Assembly: GCA_963666835.2 (NCBI GenBank)
Contig: CAXXGO010000001.1
Coordinates: 1,024,001-1,088,000 of the forward strand
DNA from: Phycisphaerae bacterium
Lineage (GTDB): Bacteria; Planctomycetota; Phycisphaerae; UBA1845
Length of the DNA: 64,000 nucleotides
Reading direction: 5' to 3'
Every line of letters begins with the position of its first letter. The first letter of the stretch is position 1. Under the pieces are notes generated by a model, which saw only the letters and a list, made by a program, of their open reading frames with translations, did no database searches and had not been told where the DNA came from. Position numbers and translations under genes: made by a program. Below, one piece after another: positions 36,183 to 47,100 of the stretch.

Positions 36183-39100
36183 CTATGGCACGTCAAAGCT
36201 GACTTCGTCAATACCCGCGTATTCGCCGTCCCAGGTCCGGTACTCGCCGGAGATCAGGACCTGATCCAACGCCGCTAGCGTCTCGCGAATCTCCGCTTCC
36301 GTCGCAAGCTCGTCCGTCACTGCATTGCGCCAGCCTGCTAGATCGTGGACCGGAACCTGGAACGCCGTCCAGCCGCTCGTCGGAAGGTGTGGAAGAGCGT
36401 AGCTCAGGATCGAGCCGCCGCCTCGTAGGACGACGGCGCCCCCGGCTTGGTGGTCGACCTGTGACTCGAACAGGTGAAACTCGATGTTGCCATTGTACAA
36501 CGCGCTCCAGTCGCCCCGAAACTCCACCGGCGCGTCCCAGACAAAACGCTCGCCCGAAACGTCCTTAGCCCAGGCGTAGCCACCCTCGTAACCGCCAGAT
36601 GCCTCCCAGGTCGGAGTGCTCGTGCCGATGCTGTTGTTATTAATCACTCTCCAGCCGTGGTCTGAACTATCTAGGTGACTAGCCGTATCGATTGTGTGAA
36701 CGAGCGGTGACGACCCCGCCATGTGAATAACCACGTTGTCCAGCCCGCCGGACTCCGCTTCCCAGTTACGCCACTCGCCGCGGATCAGAACCTGTCGCAA
36801 GTAGCCCAAAGCGGCCAGAATCTCGTCGACCTCGGCCGGCTCGTCACGCGCGGGGTTCCACCACCCGCCTGTCTCGTCGAGCCTCACACGGTAGCTCGTC
36901 AGGCCTTGAAGCGGCTTATCCGGCGCGGACCACCGCAGCTCGAGACCACCGCCGCGCAGGTAGACATCGGCGGCGCTGGCTTGGTGATTTCGCTCTGACT
37001 GACTAACGTCGAAGGTCAACCATCCGCCGTAGGCGTTGGACAGATCGCCGAGGAATGCCAACGGCGCATCCCACAGGAAGAACTCACTGAACTCGTCGGT
37101 CACGCCTACAAATCCGCCCGGTCTGCCACCGGCGTCCAACCAAGTCGGGCGCGATGCGCCAAGCTGACCGTTGTTGATCACCTGCCAGCCGTGATCCTCA
37201 GAGTCGAATGTCGACACGATGTTCTCAGTTTTGAGCATGAGCGGGTCCGAGCCGAGATCCAGCACGACGTTGTCCAGCCCTCCGGATTCGCCGTCCCAGG
37301 TCCTCCATTCACCGCGGATTAGTATCTGACCCATCGACCTGAGAACGGTTCGGAATTCCTCTTCGGTGACCAGTTCATCAGTATCGGCGTTGCGCCATTC
37401 GGCATCCTCGTGCAGGGGTATCTGGAAGCTGGTCCAGCCGGCCCGCGGGTTGCTCCAGGCGCTGAAGTACATCCGCAGGCCCCCACCGCTTAGCAGAACG
37501 TCCGCGCTGAAGTTCTGATGCTCGACTGAGGACTGGCAAACGTCGTAAGTCAGCCAATGTCCGTAGGCGGCCTCGATGTCCCCCAGGAACCTAGCCGGGG
37601 CATCCCACCAGAAGATGTTGTCCGACGAGTCCCGCACATGCACAAACCCGCCGGGGCGGCCGCCAGTGGGCTCCAAGTTCGGCCGACTGCCACCCAGGTT
37701 GCCGTTGGCGATCACACGCCAGCCGTGCTCTTCGTTGTCGAACGCCTCGGCGACGTTTTCTGTCTTCGGAGGCTCCTCTTCGTAGCCAAGATCCAAGACG
37801 ACGTTGTCAAGGCCGCCCGACTCTCCTTCCCAGCCTCGAAACTCGCCGCGGATCAGCAACTCGCTCAGGGATGCGAGGACTGCGCGCAGCTCGGATTCTG
37901 TGGCGAGCTCACCTGTTTCGTCGTTCCGCCAGAGGTTGCCGGCAACTAGAGGAACCTGGTAGTTGGTCCAGCCTGCCAAGGGATTGTACCGAGCCTCGTA
38001 GTACAAAGAGATGCCGGCGCCCCGCAGAATCACATCGTGCGCATCGAATTGATGGTCGGTCACGGACTGCGACAGGTCGAACGAGAGAAGTCGCCCGTAA
38101 GCGCGCGACCGGTCCCCGAGGAACTTCCCAGGTGCCGACCAGTACCATGTCTCATTGCTGGTATCCTGAATACGAATGTACCCACCCGGGCGACCGTCGT
38201 GGATTTCGTGCGTCGGCCGCGCGAGACCGTTGCCTACGGCGAGCCAACCGTCAGCGTCCTCCTCGAAATCTGAGAGTATTCTGATACCAGGCTCCGGCTC
38301 GCTGACCTGAACATGGACGATCATGCGCTCGCTGGAGTACCCATCGCTGATCACAAGAGCGAAGTACAGCATGCCAGGCTCGGTGGCTACGAACGAAGCG
38401 ATGTCGGTGTCAGCTCCCTCCAATGTGACCGTCGCCCCGATTTCCAGACCGTCCGCATCTGTCTGCGCCCAGGAGAAAGTGAGCTCATCACCGTCAGGAT
38501 CGTACGACGTACTGGCATCCAGGATAACAACTGCGTTGATCTCCGCCTCAAGTTCGTGCCCCGTGACAATGACCGGCGATTCACGCTCGGTGTCGTCGAG
38601 AACCTCGACGCCAGCGATCGCGATCACAGCAAACTCGCCGTCAGAAACGGTGACGGCTAGAATGTACAGGCCCGGCTCTTCGGCGCGGAAGGACGGTCTG
38701 TCGGTTTCGGTGCCAGTGATTGAAGTACCCGTGTCGGACTGCGGGTAGATGAGCTCCCAGGAAAAGGTCAGCCCGTCACCGTTTGCGTCCGACGAGGCGC
38801 TAGCGTTCAGCTCTACCCACTCATTTGGCTTCGTTGTCTGAAAGGACCCCGCGTCAGGAACCGGCGGCACGTTGGCGCCCAGCGGCTTGTCCGGGTCTTG
38901 TGGGTCCGATTCACTCGGCTCGCCGACAACCACGCTTACCTCGAACGAAACCTCCGTTCCATCGACCGTGAGCGCGACCTTGAATAACAGTTCCGTACCC
39001 GGACTGACCTCGTCGGGCAGTTCGAAGCTGGGCTCAGCCGATGTTTTGTCGCTCAGAGAGATCAGCGAGGCTGCTCGCCCGATCGGTTCCCATTCGTACG

Positions 39101-39344
39101 CAATGTCCTGTCCGTTGGCGTCGACCATCGGTGCTGACAGCGTGACAATACGCTCGTCCCGAATCGGGTCCTCCGCCTCTATGTCTTCGGTTACCGAGTG
39201 GTCTTCTCCGGGGTCTGTCCCATCCGGATCTGTTCCTTCTGGTGTTTGTGCAACATTCGTTCCGCAGCCGCTGAGGACTACGACCAGCCCCAAGGCTACG
39301 ATGTACACCAAACGACGGATGCTCGATCGGAATCTACTTTCCAT
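36183..39344 (-). CDS. Lipoprotein with three Ig/PKD-like domains and four tandem laminin-B (laminin IV type A)-like domains
   Basis: LSGC lipobox; LDAS.S.D.DGD.LTFSW repeats; 4x W.AP..F.GD...YG..L.FD...V.L.G...L..L....IRGE. Confidence 0.8.
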   Translation of the reverse strand: MESRFRSSIRRLVYIVALGLVVVLSGCGTNVAQTPEGTDPDGTDPGEDHSVTEDIEAEDPIRDERIVTLSAPMVDANGQDIAYEWEPIGRAASLISLSDKTSAEPSFELPDEVSPGTELLFKVALTVDGTEVSFEVSVVVGEPSESDPQDPDKPLGANVPPVPDAGSFQTTKPNEWVELNASASSDANGDGLTFSWELIYPQSDTGTSITGTETDRPSFRAEEPGLYILAVTVSDGEFAVIAIAGVEVLDDTERESPVIVTGHELEAEINAVVILDASTSYDPDGDELTFSWAQTDADGLEIGATVTLEGADTDIASFVATEPGMLYFALVISDGYSSERMIVHVQVSEPEPGIRILSDFEEDADGWLAVGNGLARPTHEIHDGRPGGYIRIQDTSNETWYWSAPGKFLGDRSRAYGRLLSFDLSQSVTDHQFDAHDVILRGAGISLYYEARYNPLAGWTNYQVPLVAGNLWRNDETGELATESELRAVLASLSELLIRGEFRGWEGESGGLDNVVLDLGYEEEPPKTENVAEAFDNEEHGWRVIANGNLGGSRPNLEPTGGRPGGFVHVRDSSDNIFWWDAPARFLGDIEAAYGHWLTYDVCQSSVEHQNFSADVLLSGGGLRMYFSAWSNPRAGWTSFQIPLHEDAEWRNADTDELVTEEEFRTVLRSMGQILIRGEWRTWDGESGGLDNVVLDLGSDPLMLKTENIVSTFDSEDHGWQVINNGQLGASRPTWLDAGGRPGGFVGVTDEFSEFFLWDAPLAFLGDLSNAYGGWLTFDVSQSERNHQASAADVYLRGGGLELRWSAPDKPLQGLTSYRVRLDETGGWWNPARDEPAEVDEILAALGYLRQVLIRGEWRNWEAESGGLDNVVIHMAGSSPLVHTIDTASHLDSSDHGWRVINNNSIGTSTPTWEASGGYEGGYAWAKDVSGERFVWDAPVEFRGDWSALYNGNIEFHLFESQVDHQAGGAVVLRGGGSILSYALPHLPTSGWTAFQVPVHDLAGWRNAVTDELATEAEIRETLAALDQVLISGEYRTWDGEYAGIDEVSFDVP

Positions 39345-39846
39345 GTTCGTGTTCCTCCACCATGAGTCCCTACTTGCCCGCGAAATGCGGGCTATTCGGA
39401 TGCGTGCAACCGGATAATGAACTGTTCTTCTGAAGGCCGAGCGTTACCGCCTGACCACACCGGCACCCGTGTAGACAACCGAAGTCGAGAGAGGATAGAC
39501 TCCTGATTTGACTTCCCGGCCGCGCCGCCAGTCCCCACCAAGGTTTGTGCAGGCCACCGCCACCTTGGCGTCGCTCGGCGCCGGGTGTTGCGTGCCAAAC
39601 CCGCGCGCGAACGGGAATTCGAACCTCGACCTGGTTAGACGTGGGCACGTTTGGCGGCAGGGTATCGAGCGATCGTTCTCCAGAATCTCCGGGGCGCAGT
39701 CGCGACGAGGCGCGCTGGTCCGGGCCCTTCACCTCGCGTCACTGGCGGAACCGGACGCATGTGGTCTGCTCCGGACAGATTCTCTCACTCTTCAAGAGCG
39801 CGTCCAGGCTACGGGCCCTCTAATGTCCCATATCGACATCATCCCG

Positions 39847-39929
39847 GTAGGTTGGGTTCCTTCTGAAACACGCCTTCAAAGGCAAGCAACTCCGGGAGGC
39901 GTGCGGGCATCGAGTTGAGCCCGACCTAC
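39847..39929. repeat. REP doublet with conserved spacer (homologue of 35262-35340)
   Basis: gtaggttgggt ... aaaggcaagcaactccgggaggcgtg ... tcgagttgagcccgacctac. Confidence 0.7.
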
Positions 39930-39981
39930 GCACTCAACGTAGTGCCGCATGGTGTATTACGTTGGCCGTGATAGCGGGCTC

Positions 39982-40971
39982 TCAGGACGACTCCCGACCA
40001 TGTTTCTCATCCGTTTCCTCTATAACCGCGTTGGGCGCCTTGGCACGCACCTCTCTCAGGATCGCCGCCTTGGACTTGCGAGAGAAGCCCTCGGGGATAC
40101 ATACCCGTGCCCGGCTCGTCCGCACGCTAAGCCGCTGTAACCTACGCGAATATCGTACGCGCTCGAGCTCGGGCCATTTCATTCGCACCGTTCGAACGAG
40201 CCCACGATAGGTGAGGCCGTCTTCGCTTAACTTCAGTCGCAACCGAGCCGTCGCAACGAGAACGCCGCTAAACCCGAAGGCCAACCACAAAAACGCACGC
40301 ATGCCGGTCTTCTCGAGACTGAATTCTCCTACTTTGGGAAACAACGCCCCATCGACCCATCCCGCATTATAGCACAATACGTAAAGCCAGAACAGCGCGC
40401 CGAGTATCCCGAGCACCGCGGGCATGGCGGAGAAACCGTACGTTTCAGTTTGGCCGTCGGTTATGGCGGCGCTTGCATCGTCAAAACCGTTTACGGTGAT
40501 TTCCGGGCAATAATGGGCGAGGACGCCTTCAAGATCTGCCGGAAGGGGCGCTCCATTGGAACGCCGCGATTGCCAAACCAAGCGGTAACGGCGCTCTCCG
40601 GTGCCAATCACGATCGGTCCTCTCGGATAGTGCGCTTCTACTGAGACAATGTCCTCCCAATGAACTCGGCGACTGACAAAGGGTCCGCGGTACAGGATGC
40701 CGTCTCTGTCAATCGCGGCTCGCATTCTGTACAGAAACAACCCCATCACCGCGATGCCAAAACAAAACACGATAGGCGACAAGGGCGGCCGCGGATTGGT
40801 CACCGACCAGGGCAGAATCGGTGCGAGGAGACCCAATTGAAACGACACCATGTACAAAGATGTACCCAGTGCCAGAAGTGGAATGACCAAGAACAGTTTC
40901 GGCGCCTTGTATACGAAGCGCGCACCGGCTTCAATGTCAACGATCGACGGTTGTTCGCGGCTCATGGCCAT
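39982..40971 (-). CDS. Membrane protein with two tandem (2TM + PH-like) modules
   Basis: IDRDGILYRG...VHWEDI and LSEDGLTYRG...MKWPEL, each preceded by two TMs. Confidence 0.7.
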   Translation of the reverse strand: MAMSREQPSIVDIEAGARFVYKAPKLFLVIPLLALGTSLYMVSFQLGLLAPILPWSVTNPRPPLSPIVFCFGIAVMGLFLYRMRAAIDRDGILYRGPFVSRRVHWEDIVSVEAHYPRGPIVIGTGERRYRLVWQSRRSNGAPLPADLEGVLAHYCPEITVNGFDDASAAITDGQTETYGFSAMPAVLGILGALFWLYVLCYNAGWVDGALFPKVGEFSLEKTGMRAFLWLAFGFSGVLVATARLRLKLSEDGLTYRGLVRTVRMKWPELERVRYSRRLQRLSVRTSRARVCIPEGFSRKSKAAILREVRAKAPNAVIEETDEKHGRESS

Positions 40972-41203
40972 GTTCGTATACTCCGCTCAAGCGGGACCAT
41001 CAAACCCGCCACCGCACGACCGTCTGCTCCCGCTCGCCGGCCTTCGCTACGTCAGCGGTGCCGGTGCCCCGCGCATTCGGCAGAACCTCCACCGCTGTCG
41101 CGAGTGGAGCGAGTGATCTCGAATCCTGACGCACGGGGTGCCGGAAGCGGCGTGAGGCTCGCGAGCAGGCCAACGATGGCTGAAGATACTATCATCGTGT
41201 GCT

Positions 41204-43579
41204 TCACGGAGTGTCCTCGGTTTGTGAGATCAACATGCTCTCCAGCCGCGTGAGACGCCCCTGCATTTGTGTGAGCTGACGCTCGAGCTGTTCTATCTGC
41301 AACTCCTTCTCTCGCAGTTGTCGGTCCTTTTCTTCACGAAGTTCGCGCAGGGCATCTACCGCAAGCGCCTCGAAGCCGCGGAAGGTGAGGATCTTGTATC
41401 CGCGGCCTCCCACGTCGACCCAATCTGGAAAGACCTCCTCGACTTCCTGCGCGATCATGCCGATCCGTTCGCCCGGCAGTTCGTTGATGGCCTCGGGGTC
41501 CTTGTACTCGAAGACGACGCTACGGAGTCGAAGCAGTCGATCAAGAGACCCTTTCAGATCGCGGATGTTCTTCTTCAGTCGTCGATCCGACGAACTGGAC
41601 CAGGATCCGCCGCCCGGCTTGCCGGCCGTGCCTTCTCCGGAGACTTCCAGTTGAAAGGCGGGCAGGGCGTTGGAGCCGACGTTGGTCCGGCCATTCCGTT
41701 TGACGGAGAACATCGTGGTGCCGTCAACTCGGACGCGCAGGGGATCAACATCGGCGGTTCCCTCGACCTGGAGCCGCGCCGCCGGCGATTCTATACCGAT
41801 GCCGACATTGCCTTCGAAGTAGTTCCGTCCGCCGCTGAAGTAACCCGCAAAGCCGTCGGGGCTGGAGGTAGTAGCCTTCAGGGCGAAGTTGGTCCCGCTG
41901 GTATTACTGGCCCAGCAGTACACGCCTCGTCCGTAGATGCCGCCGGCCTTGAAGTAACCGCCGTAGTTCTGCGAGGTCGTGCCGGTGGCCTCGGCATACA
42001 CGCCGTAGCCGGTCGACGCAGTACTTCTACCATAAATCGCGCGGCTGCCGCTGGTCTCCACATGGAGCGGATAGTCAGGCGACTCCGTTCCGATCCCCAC
42101 ATTGCCTTCGAAATAGCTGCGACCGCCCTCGAAGTACCCGGCGTAGCCGTCGGGACTGGCGGTCTTGCCTTTCACGCCAATGCCCGGGCCGGAGTTGATT
42201 CCATGATATCCAACTACGCCGTGACCGTTAGTGCTGTTGGAGTGACCGTAGACTCCGTAGTTGACCCCGCCCGTGGGACCGACGAACCCGTATACGCCGC
42301 GCCCTGTCGGACTGTTTGAGTAACCATACACCCCAGGGGAATCACCCGTTTCCGCGCTAGCCTTACCGTAGACGCCGTACCCTTCATCACTCATGCTCTC
42401 GCCGTAGACGCCGCAGTTCTCGCCGGTGCTCGAGCCGGCGATTCCCTTAACGCCGTAGCCCCAACTGAGCGTATTGTTGGCGTAGATTGCGCTCAAGTCG
42501 TCGGACTCCACGTGCAGTGCACCGCCCGGCGATTCCGTTCCGATGCCGACACGACCTTCGAAGTAGTTCCGTCCGCCGGTGAAGTAGCCTGCAAAACCGT
42601 CGGGGCTTGAAGTATGCCCGTGTACTCCGATGTTGGTGCCGTTGAGGCCGGCAAAGCCGTACACGCCCGTGCCGTTCTCGCTTCTGGTCCCACCCTTCAC
42701 GCCGATGGGCTCGCCGGTTGTGGACCAGGCCCAGCCCCACACGCCGACACCGTCTTCGCTATCGGCTCTGCCGTACACGCCGTTGGTATTGCCGCTATGA
42801 GAACCCGCGTAACCGTATACGCCGGTGCCGCTATCGCTATTGCTTGTGCCGTGGACGCCGAAGGTCGAACCGGTCGACGAAAACGCGTTCCCGGATATGC
42901 CGGTACCCTCATTGCTCCAGCTCAGGCCGTAGACGCCGGAGGTGAAGCCGGTCGACGAACTTGCCCAGCCAAAAACGCCATCGCCCTGATCGCTCGCGGT
43001 TTGCCCACAAACGCCCGCGTTATCTCCGGTTTGGGTCTGGGCGAATCCGTAGACGGCTTTGCCTTCAGCGTTCTCGGTGACCGCGAAGATAGCCCGGTCC
43101 CCACTGGTGCTTGCGTGCAGTGGGAATTCCGGCCAGTTTGTTCCGATGCCGATGTCACCGTCGTCATCCACGAACAGGCCGCGCGTTTGAAGCGCATACG
43201 GTGTCATTGTCACCGCCTGACGCGGCGAGAGGGTTACAAACGGTTCCGTATCCGTCGGGTCATGGGGATAACGCACGGCTACTTCGACCCACAAGGCCCT
43301 GCCGTCGAACACGCTACTCCCGAAGTCCAGATCAACGGCGAACAGACCGCTGGCGACCGAGACGTCGGCACGGGTGAGTTCGCCGAGAGGCACACCTGCC
43401 GATTCAGCGTCATGGAGCGAGAACAACAGGTCCACATCGCCGTCAAGCGGGATCCCTTGTGACTTGAGCTGTCCTTGATAGGTGAAGCACGTTCCCATCG
43501 GCTCGGCTTGAATGTCGGACACCGTTGCCAGCCACAAGCCCGCGGCCAGGCACAGCAGTCTCGTTGTTACTGATCTCAT
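41204..43579 (-). CDS. Secreted fibre-like protein: FTYQGQL N-domain, GVYG repeats, C-terminal peptidase S74 intramolecular chaperone and coiled coil
   Basis: Signal peptide; NYFEGNVGIGT.SP repeats; SSDRRLKKNI...G.IAQEVEEVFP..V. Confidence 0.88.
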   Translation of the reverse strand: MRSVTTRLLCLAAGLWLATVSDIQAEPMGTCFTYQGQLKSQGIPLDGDVDLLFSLHDAESAGVPLGELTRADVSVASGLFAVDLDFGSSVFDGRALWVEVAVRYPHDPTDTEPFVTLSPRQAVTMTPYALQTRGLFVDDDGDIGIGTNWPEFPLHASTSGDRAIFAVTENAEGKAVYGFAQTQTGDNAGVCGQTASDQGDGVFGWASSSTGFTSGVYGLSWSNEGTGISGNAFSSTGSTFGVHGTSNSDSGTGVYGYAGSHSGNTNGVYGRADSEDGVGVWGWAWSTTGEPIGVKGGTRSENGTGVYGFAGLNGTNIGVHGHTSSPDGFAGYFTGGRNYFEGRVGIGTESPGGALHVESDDLSAIYANNTLSWGYGVKGIAGSSTGENCGVYGESMSDEGYGVYGKASAETGDSPGVYGYSNSPTGRGVYGFVGPTGGVNYGVYGHSNSTNGHGVVGYHGINSGPGIGVKGKTASPDGYAGYFEGGRSYFEGNVGIGTESPDYPLHVETSGSRAIYGRSTASTGYGVYAEATGTTSQNYGGYFKAGGIYGRGVYCWASNTSGTNFALKATTSSPDGFAGYFSGGRNYFEGNVGIGIESPAARLQVEGTADVDPLRVRVDGTTMFSVKRNGRTNVGSNALPAFQLEVSGEGTAGKPGGGSWSSSSDRRLKKNIRDLKGSLDRLLRLRSVVFEYKDPEAINELPGERIGMIAQEVEEVFPDWVDVGGRGYKILTFRGFEALAVDALRELREEKDRQLREKELQIEQLERQLTQMQGRLTRLESMLISQTEDTP

Positions 43580-43873
43580 TTAATCGTTCTCCGAAAGAGC
43601 GCTACGCTCCCGTATATCTTTCCCGGCGCGGGCCAATCACGCAGACAAGGGCAAGACAAGAAAACCACCGAAAAGGTGCGATGGCCGCTTACCCCCGGCC
43701 TGCTTTCGCCGTCGAGGACATCCCTCGACTTGTCTGGTCATTGTATCAAACCGCGTTGCCGAAATTCGGCGATCTTAGAGATCTTCCTTGGCAAGGGTGT
43801 GTCCGCTCATCGTCATGTCTGCCTGACTTGGTAACGAGCAACAAGCCTCCGTGGCCCTGAAAGGCGAAGAGCG

Positions 43874-43893
43874 GTGGGTCGGGCTCTGCCCGA
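43874..43893 (+). repeat. Single GTAG-type REP copy
   Basis: gtgggtcgggctctgcccga, followed by aacacgcct as in the 39847 element. Confidence 0.55.
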
Positions 43894-44142
43894 AACACGC
43901 CTATCCACGTGCGCGCTACGAGTTGAGACATTAGGATTCACCATCCGGCGGACGATGATTGCGGGGAATCCGGGGTCTGATTGCGAGTTTTGCTTGCATT
44001 TGTGTGCCGGGTTCGGTTACAGTAGGGGGCGCAGTAGGCAAGTGTCGGGTTGCGTGGCCGCGTAGTTGCAGGCCATATCCCCACCACAGAACGAGTGGGC
44101 TCCTCGCGTGGGGGCTTCACGGAAAGGGAAGGGGTCGCAGAT

Positions 44143-47100
44143 ATGAGGTTACTTCCGGTTCGGACGCTGTTGGCTGGCGGCGTGGTATTAGGGGCGTTTT
44201 CTGCGGGCTTGGCCGGGCGAGCTACAGGGGTGGAAACGGGGGCAACCGGCGACGACGGCTGCCCTTGTGTTTCGACCACCGGGGTTGAGGCGGGGACTGT
44301 TGCCTCGGGGCAGGTGGTCCGGCTTCCGGAGACCGCGAGGGTGACGCGGCATTACCCCGACGGCACGACGGAGCGGGTCGACGACGCGGTTCCGGCAAGC
44401 ACTGATCGGCAGGAGAAGCTGATCTACAGCAACACGCTCGGCGATTTTCTCTACTCGCCTGGGGCGGGCATTCCGATAGCGGACGATTTGGTCACCGAGG
44501 CTGTGACGGACTGTGCAATTCACCGGATTACGTTTCGCGTCAACGGCGGCGTCGAGGAGGGGGACGAGGAGTTCTCCGTTTCGGTCGGCGTGTGGGATAA
44601 GTGTCCGGCATTGAGGGATGCTGAGAATCTCCTGGGCGATGAGATCACGTTTGACCAGCTTGCAGACAACGACGAAGAAACGCACGAGCTGGTGATAGAC
44701 TTCCGCGACATGGGTATCTGTGACAACGGGGATGCGTGCAGCGTACTGCACCAAGATTGCCCGGACGCATCACCATGCGTGCAGAACCTGCCCGAGTTGC
44801 CTCCGACCGTCTGGCTGAGCTATCGTTTCAGCACCAACACTGCCGGAGTGATCGCGGGCAGTCCGGCGCAAATCGGGTTCTCAGCGGATTACTATCATGA
44901 CGTCTACTGCCCCTGCACATCGTGGCTGGGCGGCTACCCCCGATTCCCCCACTCCAGCTTCTGGGCGCAGGTCTATGCCGACGGCACCACCGACGAAGCG
45001 GATCCGGACTTCTGCCCGACAGGCTTTTTTGCCTATGCGGCAGTAAGCAGGTCCTTTTCCGATGTAACGGACTACGTGCCGCCGAGTGGCGTGACGACGA
45101 GAGTGGCGGACGCCATCGTCCTTACCGGAGGACAAGGCGGTGAGCCCATTGCCTGTGAGCTGAGCGCTGTCGAGATAGGTTTCATTGGTGAACATGGCCC
45201 GTTCGAAATGGACGTGGACCTTCGCTGGCCGGGCCTCGATGACGTGATTGAAGGCACGCAAAGGACCTTCACCGGTACCGGCGAGGGGGAGCTCGAGGTG
45301 GCGAGGTTTCTATTCGAACCCGGAGTGTTCATCGAGCCTACCGATCAACCGATCTACATCACCTGGCAGACCGGCACCGGTGGAGCCTGGGCACGCCACA
45401 GCAGCATCGACCTTGGCTTGAGCTGGCGCAGTTTCTGGACGCAGCACATTATGCCGGGTATCTCGGGTGAGTGGCTAATGCGCGAGCTGTCGAGTCTCAC
45501 TCCCGTTTCGTTTTATGCAGTCGTTCAATGCCGCGGGGAGCCTCCGACAGGGGCATGTTGCCGGTTTCCAGGTGAATTGGAGGAGGTGGAGTGCTCCGAT
45601 GGTGTCACTCACGCCATGTGTCTGGGCGGGCGGTGGGTTCGCGACCGCACTTGTGCCGAAGACCCCTTCGACCCACCCTGCGGAATGGCAAGGTGCTGCC
45701 TGCCCGATGCCACCTGCGAGAATCTCACGCGGGATGAGTGCGAGCAGGCCGACGGATACTGGCGGGAACGGGCGTTTTGCGGAGACTACGGTCAACGGTG
45801 CTATTGGCGTGCTTGCGGGTATGACGCCCCACGTGATTGCAGCTACCCCGCTCTCCTACCCGGTTGCCACGATCTCTCCTGTTGCACCCAAGTATGTATG
45901 GCTGACCCCTGGTGCTGTGAGAATAACTGGGACGAGCAGTGTGTTGAGGAGGCGTTTCTGCTCTGCGACCACGAGCCGTACAATGATTACTGCTGTAATT
46001 CGAGGCCTCTCTCTCTGCAAGGGCAGCTAACGTCCAACAATGCCCGGGCCTACGGGCCATACGACGATCCGGGGTTCCATTGCCATCCGGATGGGGCCGG
46101 CACGCTTGGCTACGGGCCAATCTGGTTCAAGTTCGAGGCCACCGAGACGTCCGCCCGGTTCCATACCTGCGCTTCCGACGACACGGCCGGCGATTCGCTT
46201 CTGCAGGTCTATGCCATCGAACCGGACGACGAGTCTTGTGAGAATCTCATACCCCTGGCCTGTTCCGACGATGCCCCGGGTTGCGGGGCAGACGGTCTGC
46301 AAAGTGACGTGTGCGTGACGGGACTCGAACCGGGCGCGTCCTACCGGGTGCAGTTGGCGTCCAAGAACGCGGAGGGGCGGGGCTGGTATCGCTTGGTGGC
46401 GGAGTCCCCATGCCCGCAAGCTGCCGGTTCGAACGCCGGTGATTCAGACTTTGCGAGCATTATCCTGGAACCTGAGCCGGGGGATTCATCCCCCGCGCCG
46501 CCAGGTGCCTCGCACACGGCACGCGCGGACGACGAGCCTCGCTCACCGGCCTTGATGGACCCGGCCGAGCTTCACAACGAAATCCCGGACGACGCGCCGG
46601 TGGCCGTGCGGAAGCAGGAGCGGTCCGAGGCCTTCTGCGATGCGGGTTCGTGGGAACGCGGCATGTTCTCGACCGTACAGGTCAACGTCGACGAGCATGG
46701 CCACAATATCGTCGGAGACGCTGCCAACGAGCCGTCCATTGCCATCTCCGCGGTCGATCCGGACGTGATCGTGATCGGGTGGCGGCAGTTTGACACAATA
46801 GAATCCAACTTCCGCCAAGCGGGCTGGGCCTACAGCCACGATGCGGGGGCTACCTGGACATTCCCGGGGGTCCTGGAGCCGGGTGTATTCCGTAGCGATC
46901 CGGTCCTTGCTGCCGATGCGGACGGGAACATCCACTATTACAGCCTTACGCTTCGCGATCCAGGCTACGTCTGTGACATGTTCACGTCCTATGACGATGG
47001 CGTGTCATGGGGACGCAAGGTCTACGCCCGCGGCGGGGACAAGCCTTGGATAGCGATTGACCAAACATCCGGCCCCGGCCGTAATCACATCTATGCGCTC

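Noticed and set aside
33128..36183. Integron cassette array (short co-oriented orphan genes)
   Set aside because: No intI, and no RYYYAAC...GTTRRRY attC sites after the stops; the spacers hold REP-like elements instead
22226..43579. Prophage, suggested by the tail-fibre chaperone domains
   Set aside because: Both fibres have signal peptides; no capsid, terminase, tail or integrase genes
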